Notes: generated from the letters alone by a model not told the origin. DNA of 64,000 nucleotides from Candidatus Poribacteria bacterium (GCA_963663765.2 CAXXUA010000003.1:384001-448000), one strand, 5' to 3'; counted from the first letter of the stretch, positions 1-10,903 are shown. Numbers and translations: made by a program.

Positions 1-7
1 GTCAACT

Positions 8-523
8 GTGAGAGATGTTAAAGAAAAAATAAGTGAGGAAATAAAATCTCAACCAGAGCCGCAACCAGCTGAAGAATTACAATTAAACCAACCACCCCTA
101 ATTTATATTAATTCGTTGCCTGCATTCAAATTAGCCCTTGAACAACAAAGGCAATCAATTCTTGATACAGGCACTAAAATGGAATACGCATATTTGGATT
201 ACATAGAATCACTTACAAGTATTCTCGTTACGCTTGCGAATTATTATTCTCCAAAACAATTTGGCAATCAAACACCGCAAGCGTTTATTTCTGAGATAAT
301 AGAATCTCGTTTCCGATGGCATTCTGCTGTTGTAGAACCACTTGGGCCAATGACAGGTGGAAAATTCGCACTATTGGAGTCTGCTGCGGCTGTAGCAGGT
401 GATGTCGAAGAAATGATTGCAGATATGGTTTTTCACTTGTATAGAGATGATATTATCTGGGGAGATAGCCAAAACGATGAGTGGCACGATGAGTGGGTGA
501 AGGCATGGTGTAATAGTAACTGA
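8..523 (+). CDS. Hypothetical protein (probably 5'-truncated by the window edge)
   Basis: 171-aa ORF with protein-like composition; no family recognised. Confidence 0.55.
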   Translation: MRDVKEKISEEIKSQPEPQPAEELQLNQPPLIYINSLPAFKLALEQQRQSILDTGTKMEYAYLDYIESLTSILVTLANYYSPKQFGNQTPQAFISEIIESRFRWHSAVVEPLGPMTGGKFALLESAAAVAGDVEEMIADMVFHLYRDDIIWGDSQNDEWHDEWVKAWCNSN

Positions 524-627
524 GGGGTATGCATAAATAATTGGTGGATCAACATAGATGGTGACACACGTCACATACTACTTCATGTGGATGGACACCA
601 TTCTTAGTGCAAAAAGGACAAGATTTT

Positions 628-710
628 GTAGGTCGGGTAGAGTTTGCGAAACCCGACATGCAAGCCTGGATACGAGTATGTCGGGTTTCACTGCGTTCTA
701 CCCGACCTAC
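628..710. repeat. GTAG-type REP doublet (inverted pair)
   Basis: gtaggtcgggtaga...aaacccgacatg / tatgtcgggtttc...tctacccgacctac; related copy at 51471-51720. Confidence 0.8.
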
Positions 711-784
711 GACATAAGCTTAAAATCAAATATATTTATGCACACACCTCATAGTAACTTTTAGTTGCCTATCAATTTAGTATT

Positions 785-941
785 CAGGACTAACGCAGTT
801 TTCATGATCCAATCAAGAATTAAGACGAAAACGATGTAATTTTCAGCATTTTTTAGGTTTCCGGCGCCAAATCAACGGTATGAATGCCTTTTGGCATTCC
901 CCGCCTACAAAGCACGCCTACCGTTGGGTGCGTAAGTCATG
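785..941. mobile_element. MITE with CAGGACTTACGCA-type terminal inverted repeats
   Basis: Ends caggactaacgca / tgcgtaagtcatg; flanked by the direct repeat gtatt; family recurs at 10019, 16302, 47664 and 58343. Confidence 0.75.
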
Positions 942-1059
942 GTATTTTATAGCCTCATATTGAGAGATATTGATGTCTGAGCGTTTTTGAGAAATATCAG
1001 CAATACTGAATCCGTTAGCACTTTGTGAACTCGTAATCCCTAAATAACTGATTAACATT

Positions 1060-1815
1060 ATGGAAGATAATACATTAGATTTCAACTTCTGGCCGTCCTT
1101 TTCAGACTTAATGCTGACACTTGTTTTGATCTTAGTCATTGTTGTGTTTGCGGTTATCGTTTCCTTTTCTGTAAAACCAGAACCGGTTAAGCCGCCTGAT
1201 CCTATAGGAGATGTTATTCCCTCAGAAGTAAAAGAAAACCAGATGGCGATGATAAATGCGATCTCTGCAGACTACAACGTTGAACCGAAAGAAACTGATA
1301 AAGACACCTTTCGGATCCGAATTCCCCATGATAATGGCGAATACAGTGAGATTCTTATCAAGAACGAAGCAACGCTGCAACGTTACAGTTTTAGTGACCG
1401 GATTTTGTTTAAACCAGATAGATACGCTCTCAACGAAGAAGGGAAGAAAACACTTCTGATTGTAGGTCGTCAAATTAAAAAAAATCTGCAAAACTTCAGC
1501 GAAATACAAATTCAAGGACATGCGGATCCTGACACTCCAGGTATTGAACGTTCTAATTTACATCTTGCAGCATTACGTGCAATTGAAGTATTTAGATTTC
1601 TCCAACACGAGATTAGAATAGATCCGGCAAGGCATCTCATGTCAGCTACCTCTTTCGGTGAGTATAAACCTGTTCAAAGAACAGATAAAGATAGAACATA
1701 TACCCCAGAGAAACTCAAAAGGCATAATAGAGACAAAAAATTAAAAGCCAAAAATCGTCGAATTGAAATTTTACTAATATATCCATCTGAACAAACAACC
1801 CTAACAGAGGGATAG
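1060..1815 (+). CDS. MotB/ZorB-like membrane protein with OmpA-type peptidoglycan-binding domain
   Basis: N-terminal WPSFSDLM plus TM helix; ILFKPD, IQIQGHAD, SNLHLAALRA, SFGEYKP and NRRIEI OmpA motifs. Confidence 0.85.
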   Translation: MEDNTLDFNFWPSFSDLMLTLVLILVIVVFAVIVSFSVKPEPVKPPDPIGDVIPSEVKENQMAMINAISADYNVEPKETDKDTFRIRIPHDNGEYSEILIKNEATLQRYSFSDRILFKPDRYALNEEGKKTLLIVGRQIKKNLQNFSEIQIQGHADPDTPGIERSNLHLAALRAIEVFRFLQHEIRIDPARHLMSATSFGEYKPVQRTDKDRTYTPEKLKRHNRDKKLKAKNRRIEILLIYPSEQTTLTEG

Positions 1816-1821
1816 TTCATT

Positions 1822-2787
1822 ATGTACATTAGATTGTTTATCGCTCTTCTCCTGGGTAGCCTCGTTATCACGCCAAATAGCATTGCGCGAGACGCACTCA
1901 GCGATGTTCGCATCGTAGAAGGCATAGTGCAGCAACGTCCACCGAATACACGGCAAACAATCGGAAAACGGTACGTTTGGAATTTCAAAGGAAAATCTTA
2001 TACGGCATTAATGACAATTGATATAGAAAAGTATAATTCCTACGATGGTAAAGAACGCTACGATATTCCAGAATTAGTTGAGGAGGGAAGAACATCAATA
2101 GGTAACCTGACACGGGAATTTCAGAATGTCTTCAAACGACATCGCGAGTGGTCTAAACAAGAACGTATTGACTTCGTTCTGAGTTTCGTCCAATCTTTAC
2201 CCTATACGCTTGACGACGTGACCACAGGTTATGATGAGTTTCGCCGCTACGCCATTGAAACTTTGATTGATGGCGGTGGTGATTGCGAAGACACCACTAT
2301 CTTGGTTGCAGCCATCCTACGCGGTTTAGGTGAGAAGACTGCACTCATTTTCACACCCGGACACATAGCACTTGGAGTCAGTGGTAACTTTACAGGCACC
2401 TCGGCCACTTACAACGGAACTAAATATTACTATTGTGAAACCACTGGTACCGGTTGGACTGTTGGGGTGATGCCCATATCTTCTGGAATAACCGTAACCA
2501 ACATCGTTCCATTAGCACCAACAAAAATAAGTCCCGCACCGAAACCTGAAATGACAACTATACCTGAACCTATCCCACGTAAACCGGCACCCGAAATAAC
2601 GACCCCGACACCACAAACACCTCCAATAAAAACAACCCCTGAAGCAACCAAACCAGACACCCAAACTGAAAGTAAATCAAAGAGTCGCCTCGGTACTGCG
2701 ATTGTTCTTATTTTTATCCTAATTGCACTTGGCATCTCTACAGTTTATTTCCTACACAAGTCCTATAAAGAACAAGATGAATTTTAA
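1822..2787 (+). CDS. Transglutaminase-like cysteine peptidase-domain surface protein
   Basis: Signal peptide; FVQSLPY...GDCEDTTILVAAIL...PGHIALG...YYYCETT; Pro/Thr linker; C-terminal TM anchor. Confidence 0.8.
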   Translation: MYIRLFIALLLGSLVITPNSIARDALSDVRIVEGIVQQRPPNTRQTIGKRYVWNFKGKSYTALMTIDIEKYNSYDGKERYDIPELVEEGRTSIGNLTREFQNVFKRHREWSKQERIDFVLSFVQSLPYTLDDVTTGYDEFRRYAIETLIDGGGDCEDTTILVAAILRGLGEKTALIFTPGHIALGVSGNFTGTSATYNGTKYYYCETTGTGWTVGVMPISSGITVTNIVPLAPTKISPAPKPEMTTIPEPIPRKPAPEITTPTPQTPPIKTTPEATKPDTQTESKSKSRLGTAIVLIFILIALGISTVYFLHKSYKEQDEF

Positions 2788-2809
2788 TTTGACTATCTAT
2801 TTAAATACA

Positions 2810-2970
2810 ATAATCGGGAATCAAACTGTCCTCCTACAATCCAAGATAGTCATTACAAACCTAAAACTTGAAAATGAATCGCGCGACCACAACTCACAAT
2901 ACACATCCCAAGAATTCTTGAAGTAACGAAAATCCGTTACCACTAATATAACATGTAAGCGTTAATGTGT
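2810..2970 (+). repeat. 161-bp direct repeat, copy 1
   Basis: Near-identical to 7110-7270 (4300 bp downstream). Confidence 0.9.
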
Positions 2971-3400
2971 TAGGGTTATTCAGTTATAATAGTTTTCTGT
3001 TATTGAGATTTACTGAAAGTTAATACCCAAATAAGGTTTCCTAACCGCACCTAATACATCAAATTTAGATTATTGAAACATGAACATCGCTCTTTAGTCC
3101 CGTAGGGACGATATGTTTATAGAAAACGAATACCCCCACCAGTTCTTTAGTCCCGTAGGGACGATATGTTTTTTCTTCTATGCCGTTCCTACGGAACTCA
3201 AGAGGGGTAGATAACATTTTTCTATAAACATATCGTCCCTACCAAATCAACGCCAAATGCGCCAAATCAACGGTATGAATGCCATTAAGGCATTCCCCGT
3301 ATGGCATTTGGCGGGACTAAAGACATGGAGAAGATGGCAACACACAAAATTAACGTCATAGTAAATATTCATCAAAAATGCCTAAAACTGAAAAACCCTG
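2971..3400. mobile_element. MITE with ISAs1-like ends carrying gtcccgtagggac REPs
   Basis: Ends agggttattcagtt / aactgaaaaaccctg resemble the ISAs1 end at 63030. Confidence 0.65.
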
Positions 3401-3525
3401 ACTTTACACAGCCCATAGGTTGACTATTCGCTGTGAATGTCTTATACTTAATCAGACTGGCAATATGATAATTGTGCTTACCATAGCATTGCATTGTTAA
3501 CCACTTTTTGTATGGAGGTATCTCA

Positions 3526-3744
3526 ATGACAACACGACTTGAACAAGCTTTTACAGAAGCATCAAAGTTCTCACCGAAGGAGCAAGATGCACTGGCAGAT
3601 TGGGTGCTTGCTGAACTCCGATTTGAAAAAAAATGGGATAAATTATTCGCCAATTCTCAAAAGGTATTATCCAAATTGGCTTCTGAAGCAATTGCCGAGC
3701 ATCGTAGTGGTCAAACAAGAGAACTTAATCCAGACCAACTATGA
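3526..3744 (+). CDS. Putative type II antitoxin
   Basis: GGAGG RBS then MTTRLEQAF...; stop overlaps the toxin start (ATGA). Confidence 0.7.
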   Translation: MTTRLEQAFTEASKFSPKEQDALADWVLAELRFEKKWDKLFANSQKVLSKLASEAIAEHRSGQTRELNPDQL

Positions 3745-4011
3745 ATTCAAGAACGATAAAAACGCTTCCGTCAGATGCTGACGAAATTACCAAGTAACAT
3801 TCAACAGCAGGCTAAGGAAGCATACAAACTCTTCATTGAAAATTTACACCATCCAAGTCTACGATTCAAGAAAGTCCACAATACAGATTCAATTTACTCC
3901 GTACGTATCAACATCAATTACCGAGCGGTTGGGGTTGTTGAGAATGGCGTAATTGTTTGGTTCTGGATCGGTCCACATACAGAATATGAGAAATTACTTG
4001 GCGAACTATGA
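3741..4011 (+). pseudogene. ParE/RelE-like toxin with +1 frameshift near the start
   Basis: MNSRTIK/RFRQMLTKLP...HPSLRFKKV...YSVRININYRAVG...WFWIGPHTEYEKL; one extra A in the A-run at ~3758-3762. Confidence 0.7.
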
Positions 4012-4078
4012 GATTTAGGGCTTACGAAATAATTGGGTTTGTGGTATCACAGTTTATAACGGCTAAACATAATTCACC

Positions 4079-4426
4079 ATGAATATAGATATTAAACTTC
4101 AACAATGCACAGTCCCTTTTAAAGACTATCTTCTTAAAGATTTGGCACAACCCGAATTTGCGAAAGGTTATCTTGAAGCTGCACTCCAAGATTTTGATAA
4201 AGACGGCAACATTGAGATGCTATTACTTTCCATGAAAGATATTGCAGAAGCACAAGGCGGAATTGAAGAACTTGTCACATGGACAAATCTCAGTCCGCAG
4301 ACTCTCACCTCTCTGCTTAGTCCCGAGCACCCACCGCAATTGGATAAAGTGCTGGATATTCTCTCCATGTTAAAAGATTCCCTTCATACAAAGCATGTTG
4401 TTATTGATAATGATTCTACAACATAG
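4079..4426 (+). CDS. Addiction-module antidote (HI1420-like) HTH protein
   Basis: YLLKDL..PEFAKGYLEAAL...LLLSMKDIAEAQGG..L...TNLS..TL pattern. Confidence 0.7.
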   Translation: MNIDIKLQQCTVPFKDYLLKDLAQPEFAKGYLEAALQDFDKDGNIEMLLLSMKDIAEAQGGIEELVTWTNLSPQTLTSLLSPEHPPQLDKVLDILSMLKDSLHTKHVVIDNDSTT

Positions 4427-4450
4427 TCTATATAAAGAAATGGCACGAAA

Positions 4451-4672
4451 ATGATTAAGAACAATCAAGTACTTGAGACAACATTAGCGCGCATCAGATA
4501 TTTTCAAAAACAGATAGAAAAAATTCGAAAGGTTGAAACTAATCCGCAGAATTATCGACTCTCAGTCGGCGGTTTTCTCTATGAAATTGATCGAATGAAC
4601 CTGGAAGTCCGAGAGTATCTATCGATACATCCGAGCGAATTGGTAGAATACGTCGCTGAAGGAAAAACGTAA
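4451..4672 (+). CDS. Small hypothetical protein (TA-associated type)
   Basis: 73-aa helical ORF directly downstream of the HTH gene. Confidence 0.6.
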   Translation: MIKNNQVLETTLARIRYFQKQIEKIRKVETNPQNYRLSVGGFLYEIDRMNLEVREYLSIHPSELVEYVAEGKT

Positions 4673-4732
4673 ATCTGGCAAAACCGAGATTTTGAATTAC
4701 TTCATCTACAATTTTTGTTAGGATATATATTT

Positions 4733-5507
4733 ATGAAATCTCGCTCTAAAGAATTGGTTGATAGAGCAATTGCTGCAACTGTTTCAGCTATAGAAATATA
4801 CAATAAACCTGATTTTCGTTATCGCGCAGAAACCTTTTGCATCCTTGCAATCAATGGCTGGGAACTACTCTTTAAAGCTAAATAGTTAAAAGAAATTAAC
4901 AACAAAATTCATTCTCTTTATGTAAAAGTCGCTGATAGGAAACAGTATGGAACGAAAAGCAAGAAACTGAAAATAAAACGTACTCGATCGGGGAATCCAT
5001 TTACATATAGTCTTGACTATCTCGCTAAATAATTAGTTGAACAAGGACATTTGGAACATAATGCATGGGGGAATATCCAAGCATTGTTAGAACTACGGGA
5101 TTCATCTGTTCACTTCTATTATTCGTCTCGTAATTTTTCAACAAAACTGCAAGAAATAGGAACAGCAAGTTTAAGAAATTTCGTTAAACTTGTAACTGAA
5201 TGGTTTAAACGAGATTTAAGTGAGTACGACTTTTTTCTTATGCCATTATCCTTTATGGAACTTCCTACGGATACTGAAGCAATTGTGTCAAACAAAGAGG
5301 AAAAGAATTTCTTGAATTATTTAGAACATCTCAAGACCAGTGCAGATGATGCCGATTCCAAATACTCTGTTGCGATTAATGTAGAGGTAAAATTCATGCG
5401 ATCAAATACAAAAGATGCTCTTAACGTTCAGATTGTCAGTCCTGATACCCCCAACGCGTTAGGACTCCACTTAACTGAAGGACAGTTTCTTAAGGGTTAT
5501 CCTTGGA
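4733..5507 (+). pseudogene. DUF3644-like HEPN protein, inactivated
   Basis: MKSRSKELV..AIEIYNKPDFRYRAETFCILAINGWELLFKAK; RxxxxH-type motif (RDSSVH); in-frame TAG 4883 and TAA 5030; 3' end replaced by a MITE at 5508. Confidence 0.75.
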
Positions 5508-5730
5508 CAATACCTTCGCCATTTTTGAGTGCTTCAGTTGAATGAGTATTTAGTGTTGATCTACCATTGCTCTGTGATATTGTTAGGATTACATAAATAA
5601 AAATAACTTCAGGTTTTCGTTGAAGTATTTTTAATTATCATAGCGTCTAATTTGACGATAGAATCTGACAGAATAATTTATATGCACAATCTGGAAGAAT
5701 GTGCTACAACTGACCACACAATCTGGATGA
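5508..5730. mobile_element. Partial MITE (CAATACCTTCGCCA end), empty-site homolog of the 41854-44003 element
   Basis: Matches 41854-41970 joined to 43697-43815. Confidence 0.8.
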
Positions 5731-5849
5731 AGATTAATTTATTAATCGGGTAATAAATATTTTTCAGATGGTAGGCGGGGAATGCCTAAATGGCATTCAT
5801 ACCGTTGATTTGGTGGTTTGTAAGCGCGCTCTTGGGACTTGATGTGCCA

Positions 5850-7025
5850 GCGCGCTTACAAAGCACGCCTGCAGTTGGGGGCGCGCTTACAAAGCACGCC
5901 TGCAGTGGGGGGCGCGCTTACAAAGCACGCCTGCAGTGGGGGGCGCGCTTACAAAGCACGCCTGCAGTGGGGGGCGCGCTTACAAAGCACGCCTGCAGTG
6001 GGGGGCGCGCTTACAAAGCACACCTGCAGTGGGGGGGCGCGCTTACAAAGCACGCCTGCAGTGGGGGGCGCGCTTACAAAGCACGCCTGCAGTGGGGGGC
6101 GCGCTTACAAAGCACGCCTGCAGTGGGGGGGCGCGCTTACAAACCACGCCTGCAGTTGGGGGCGCGCTTACAAAGCACGCCTGCAGTTGGGGGCGCGCAT
6201 ACAAAGCACGCCTGCAGTTGGGGGCGCGCTTACAAACCACGCCTGCAGTTGGGGGCGCGCTTACAAAGCACGCCTGCAGTTGGGGGCGCGCTTACAAACC
6301 ACGCCTGCAGTTGGGGGCGCGCTTACAAACCACGCCTACCATCGGGGGCGCGCTTACAAAGCACGCCTGCAGTTGGGGGCGCGCTTACAAAGCTCACCTG
6401 CAGTTGGGGGCGCGCATACAAAGCACGCCTGCAGTTGGGGGCGCGCATACAAAGCACGCCTGCAGTTGGGGGCGCGCATACAAAGCACGCCTGCAGTGGG
6501 GGGTGCGCTTACAAAGCACGCCTGCAGTTGGGGGCGCGCTTACAAACCACGCCTGCAGTTGGGGGCGCGCATACAAAGCACACCTGCAGTTGGGGGCGCG
6601 CTTACAAAGCACGCCTGCAGTTGGGGGCGCGCTTACAAACCACGCCTGCAGTTGGGGGCGCGCTTACAAACCACGCCTACCATCGGGGGCGCGCTTACAA
6701 AGCACGCCTGCAGTTGGGGGCGCGCTTACAAACCACGCCTGCAGTTGGGGGCGCGCATACAAAGCACGCCTGCAGTTGGGGGCGCGCATACAAACCACGC
6801 CTGCAGTTGGGGGCGCGCTTACAAACCACGCCTGCAGTTGGGGGCGCGCATACAAAGCACGCCTGCAGTTGGGGGCGCGCTTACAAACCACGCCTGCAGT
6901 TGGGGGCGCGCTTACAAAGCACGCCTACCATCGGGGGCGCGCTTACAAAGCACGCCTGCAGTGGGTGGCGCGCTTACAAAGCACGCCTGCAGTGGGTGGC
7001 GCGCGGACAAAGCACGCCTACCGTG
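5850..7025 (+). repeat. Tandem array of ~38 x 31-bp REP-derived unit gcgcgcttacaaagcacgcctgcagttgggg
   Basis: 31-bp periodicity; no unique spacers. Confidence 0.95.
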
Positions 7026-7109
7026 GCCGGATTAGTAGAATTACCCAAAGTATTTTTTAATCTTCATACAGATTGTGCTACATTGGTAGGGGTTTTGTCG
7101 TGATTCTTG

Positions 7110-7270
7110 ATAATCGGGAATCAAACTGTCCTCCTACAATCCAAGATAGTCATTACAAACCTAAAACTCAAAAATGAATCGCGCGACCACAACTCACAAT
7201 ACACATCCCAAGAATTCTTGAAGTAACGAAAATCCGTTACCACTAATGTAACATGTAAGCGTTAATGTGT
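7110..7270 (+). repeat. 161-bp direct repeat, copy 2
   Basis: Near-identical to 2810-2970. Confidence 0.9.
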
Positions 7271-7359
7271 CAACTTTCCTTGAAATTGTGTCAAATCTGT
7301 GTTAAAATTTCTTTTTCACAAATTCAATCCGACAGCAAAAGAACTTACGGTGAAAAGAA

Positions 7360-8613
7360 ATGAATAAATTATTAGCAGAGGTCGACCCACAAATTGTTGA
7401 AATAACCTCTAATGACTTAACACGTCAGCAAAATTCGTTGATGCTTATACCATCCGAGAACTATGCAAGCCGTGCCGTCATGGAAATTCAGGGAAGTATC
7501 TTAGCGAACAAATACGCTGAAGGATACCCTGGCGAACGTTACTATAACGGTTGCGAGTTTATGGATGGCGTAGAATCACTTGCAATTGAACGTGCAAAAG
7601 CACTCTTCGGTGCGGAACATGTCAACGTCCAACCGCATGCTGGTACACAAGCAAACATGGCAGCATACCATGCACTGCTTGACCCAGGGGATACCATATT
7701 AGCGATGTCCCTAAGCCACGGAGGACACTTGAGTCATGGCGATAAAGTAAACTTTTCAGGACGTTATTACAACATCGTTGCTTATGGCGTAGATGCAGAA
7801 ACTGAACGTATTGACATGAATGAAGTAGCACAACTTGCGGAACAGCATCGTCCAAAACTTATTGTTGTCGGGGCAACTGCGTATCCACGTCTCTTTGACT
7901 TCGCTGCATGGCGAAAAGTTGCAGACACAGTTGATGCTTATTTACTTGCTGATATAGCACACATCGCCGGACTGATTGCAGGTGACGTTCATCCTGACCC
8001 AGTACCTCACAGCGATGTGGTTACAACGACAACGCACAAGACCTTACGTGGTCCTCGCGGGGCAATGATTATGTGTAAAGAGGAGCATGCAGCGAAGATT
8101 GATCGGGCAGTATTTCCCGGTTTGCAAGGCGGTCCATTTCTGCATACAATCGCTGCCAGAGCGGTTGCTTTCAAAGAAGCAAGCGAACCCGAGTTCAAAA
8201 CATATCAAGCACAAATCGTCAAAAATGCCAAAGCACTTGCAGCAAGACTCACCGAGAATGGGTTCAGGTTAGTGAGTGGTGGCACAGAAAATCACCTGAT
8301 GTTAATTGATCTAACAACTAAATATGAGAAATTAAGTGGTAGACAAGCAGCGGATCACCTTGAGGATGCTGGAATTATTGTCAATAAAAACACTATTCCT
8401 TTTGATAAAAGGAAACCGAAAACCACAAGTGGAATCCGTCTTGGTACACCCATGGTTACAACGCGTGGTATGAAAGAAGATGAGATGGTTCACATTGCTG
8501 ATTTTATCACTGAGACGCTTGAAAATAGGCAGAAGTCCGCAATAAAACGGCGAATCAAGGAAAAGGTACACGAATTCTGCACGCAATTCCCAATTTATGA
8601 ATACCTAAATTAG
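7360..8613 (+). CDS. glyA: Serine hydroxymethyltransferase
   Basis: [41 protein letters not shown]. Confidence 0.98.
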   Translation: MNKLLAEVDPQIVEITSNDLTRQQNSLMLIPSENYASRAVMEIQGSILANKYAEGYPGERYYNGCEFMDGVESLAIERAKALFGAEHVNVQPHAGTQANMAAYHALLDPGDTILAMSLSHGGHLSHGDKVNFSGRYYNIVAYGVDAETERIDMNEVAQLAEQHRPKLIVVGATAYPRLFDFAAWRKVADTVDAYLLADIAHIAGLIAGDVHPDPVPHSDVVTTTTHKTLRGPRGAMIMCKEEHAAKIDRAVFPGLQGGPFLHTIAARAVAFKEASEPEFKTYQAQIVKNAKALAARLTENGFRLVSGGTENHLMLIDLTTKYEKLSGRQAADHLEDAGIIVNKNTIPFDKRKPKTTSGIRLGTPMVTTRGMKEDEMVHIADFITETLENRQKSAIKRRIKEKVHEFCTQFPIYEYLN

Positions 8614-8624
8614 ACACATTCTAT

Positions 8625-10007
8625 ATGCCGTTACCGACAACATTAAAATTGGATTACAATTCTGCACTTACATATATTGAGCAGTTCATAGACTATGAAA
8701 GAAGTCCAGACTTTGCGCGGCAAGCAAGGTTCTACAATCTGAATCGCATCTCAAAGTTATTAGACCTACTCGGTAACCCACACGACAAGTTAAAAGTTAT
8801 TCATGTCGCGGGAAGTAAGGGAAAAGGATCGACAGCAGCGATTATCGCTTCAGTGCTAACACATGCAGGATACAAAACGGGGTTGTTTACGTCCCCACAC
8901 CTCATCACACCGCGAGAAAGGTGTCGTATTGATAATGAACTTATATCAGAAACTGAGGTTGCATACTACATAGACAAACTCAAACCGGCAATAGAAACCG
9001 TTTCCGCATCCAAATTTGGACGTGTTTCGTTTTTTGAAATATACACAGCACTTGCGTTTACCTATTTTGCAGACAAAGCAACCGATTTTGCTGTAATTGA
9101 AGTTGGTTTGGGGGGAAGACTTGACGCAACAAATGTAGTCTCACCTGTAACGACTGTCATTACGCAAATTGGTTTAGAACACACGAATATATTAGGAGAA
9201 ACTTACGCTGAGATAGCGAGCGAAAAAGCAGAAATCATAAAACAAGGATGTCTAGTCGCGCTTGCACCGCAACATGCTGAAGCACAAAAAGTCATTGAAA
9301 ATGTTGCTGTTGAACGCAACGCACCCATCGTTCAAGTCAAGAATTTTATAGAACGAGACTCGGAAGTGTCTGTTTCGCAATCCATACGGAACTCCAAAGG
9401 TATACCTATTGCACAGCAATTTGATGTGGAAACAGAGTCAGAAAGTTATTCACAACTAAAATTGCCACTACTTGGACATCATCAGTATGTGAATGGGACA
9501 ACTGCCATCGCTGCAATTGAATGTCTGAAACAGGCAGGATATAAGGTTTCCAGGGATACCGTATACGAAGGATTTGAGAACGTGCAATGGCAGGGACGAA
9601 TCCAGCGAGTTATGTCCGCACCTCTTGTAATACTTGATGGTGCGCATTCTCCTGTCTCTATGGAGGCGTTATGCCGTGCCATTCGTGAATACTTTTGTTA
9701 CACGAAAGCGATTTTTATCGTTAGTATTATGAAGGATAAGGATTTAATTGAAATTGGCGAAATTATCTCAAAAATAGCGGATTCCGTGATTGTTACACAA
9801 GTTTCGGATAACCCGCGTGTTATGCCTGCGGAAATGATACAAGATGCTTGGTTGGGAATATGCAAACAGATAACAATTTGTCCAAATACAGAAGAAGCAA
9901 TCACGACAGGATTATCATCCGCATCTCCAACAGATCTCTTATGTGTCACAGGTTCGCTATACCTTGTTGGGGAAGCACTCAAACATTTTAACCTGGAATA
10001 CAAATAA
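8625..10007 (+). CDS. folC: Folylpolyglutamate synthase/dihydrofolate synthase
   Basis: HVAGSKGKGST, TSPHL, EVGLGGRLDATNV, LDGAH, TGSLYLVGE. Confidence 0.96.
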   Translation: MPLPTTLKLDYNSALTYIEQFIDYERSPDFARQARFYNLNRISKLLDLLGNPHDKLKVIHVAGSKGKGSTAAIIASVLTHAGYKTGLFTSPHLITPRERCRIDNELISETEVAYYIDKLKPAIETVSASKFGRVSFFEIYTALAFTYFADKATDFAVIEVGLGGRLDATNVVSPVTTVITQIGLEHTNILGETYAEIASEKAEIIKQGCLVALAPQHAEAQKVIENVAVERNAPIVQVKNFIERDSEVSVSQSIRNSKGIPIAQQFDVETESESYSQLKLPLLGHHQYVNGTTAIAAIECLKQAGYKVSRDTVYEGFENVQWQGRIQRVMSAPLVILDGAHSPVSMEALCRAIREYFCYTKAIFIVSIMKDKDLIEIGEIISKIADSVIVTQVSDNPRVMPAEMIQDAWLGICKQITICPNTEEAITTGLSSASPTDLLCVTGSLYLVGEALKHFNLEYK

Positions 10008-10018
10008 ACATATATAGT

Positions 10019-10722
10019 CAGGACTTACGCAGTTTTCATGATTTGATGAAGAATTATGACGAAAATGGTGTAATTTTCAGCATTTTGTAGGTTTCCAGCG
10101 CGCTTACAAAGCACCAAATCAACGGTATGAATGCCATTTAGGCATTCACCGCCTACCATTGGGTGCGGATGAAGAATTATGACGAAAATGGTGTAATTTT
10201 CAGCATTTTGTAGGTTTCCGGCGCGCTTACAAAGCACGCCTACCATGTGAGAAATATTTATTACCAAACAGGACTTACGCAGTTTTCATGATCCAATCAA
10301 GAATTAAGACGAAAACGATGTAATTTTCAGCATTTTGTAGGTTTCCGGCGCGCTTACAAAGCACGCCTACCGTTGGGTGCGGATCAAGAATTAAGACGAA
10401 AACGATGTAATTTTCAGCATTTTGTAGGTTTCCGGCGCGCTTACAAAGCACGCCTACCGTTGGGTGCGGATCAAGAATTAAGACGAAAACGATGTAATTT
10501 TCAGCATTTTGTAGGTTTCCGGCGCGCTTACAAAGCACGCCTACCGTTGGGTGCGGATCAAGAATTATGACGAAAACGATGTAATTTTCAGCATTTTGTA
10601 GGTTTCCGGCGCGCTTACAAAGCACCAAATCAAGAAATCAACGGTATGAATGCCTTTTGGCATTCCCCGGGTATGAATGCCATTTAGGCATTCACCGCCT
10701 ACCGTTGGGTGCGTAAGTCCTG
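10019..10722. repeat. CAGGACTTACGCA MITE with internal ~88-90-bp unit tandemly amplified
   Basis: Unit atcaagaattaagacgaaaacgatg...gcctaccgttgggtgcgg repeated about 6 times; ends caggacttacgca / tgcgtaagtcctg. Confidence 0.9.
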
Positions 10723-10767
10723 ACAAATAAACATATATAGTAAAGCGTATAAATATTTGGACATTTT

Positions 10768-10823
10768 GTAGCACAAACTTTTAGTTTGTGGAGATGCGGA
10801 CACAAACTAAAAGTTTGTGCTAC
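10768..10823. repeat. GTAG-type REP doublet
   Basis: gtagcacaaacttttagtttgtg ... cacaaactaaaagtttgtgctac. Confidence 0.75.
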
Positions 10824-10903
10824 AATACTCATGTTAGGTTCGGTTTCCGAACCTAAAATAATGTCCAATTAATTCTAAAGTCAACTTAAAAGAGAGGTTT
10901 TTA

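Noticed and set aside
8-1815. Complete Zorya system
   Set aside because: The upstream ORF lacks ZorA TM/coiled-coil features and no zorC/D/E genes are present
5790-7103. Long ORFs in three frames, and possible CRISPR array
   Set aside because: They arise from a stop-free 31-bp tandem repeat; there are no unique spacers and no cas genes
7110-7359. Riboswitch upstream of glyA (glycine/ZTP/THF)
   Set aside because: No recognisable consensus by eye; most of the region is a repeat also present at 2810
10025-10774. Short repetitive ORFs
   Set aside because: Translations of tandem MITE units
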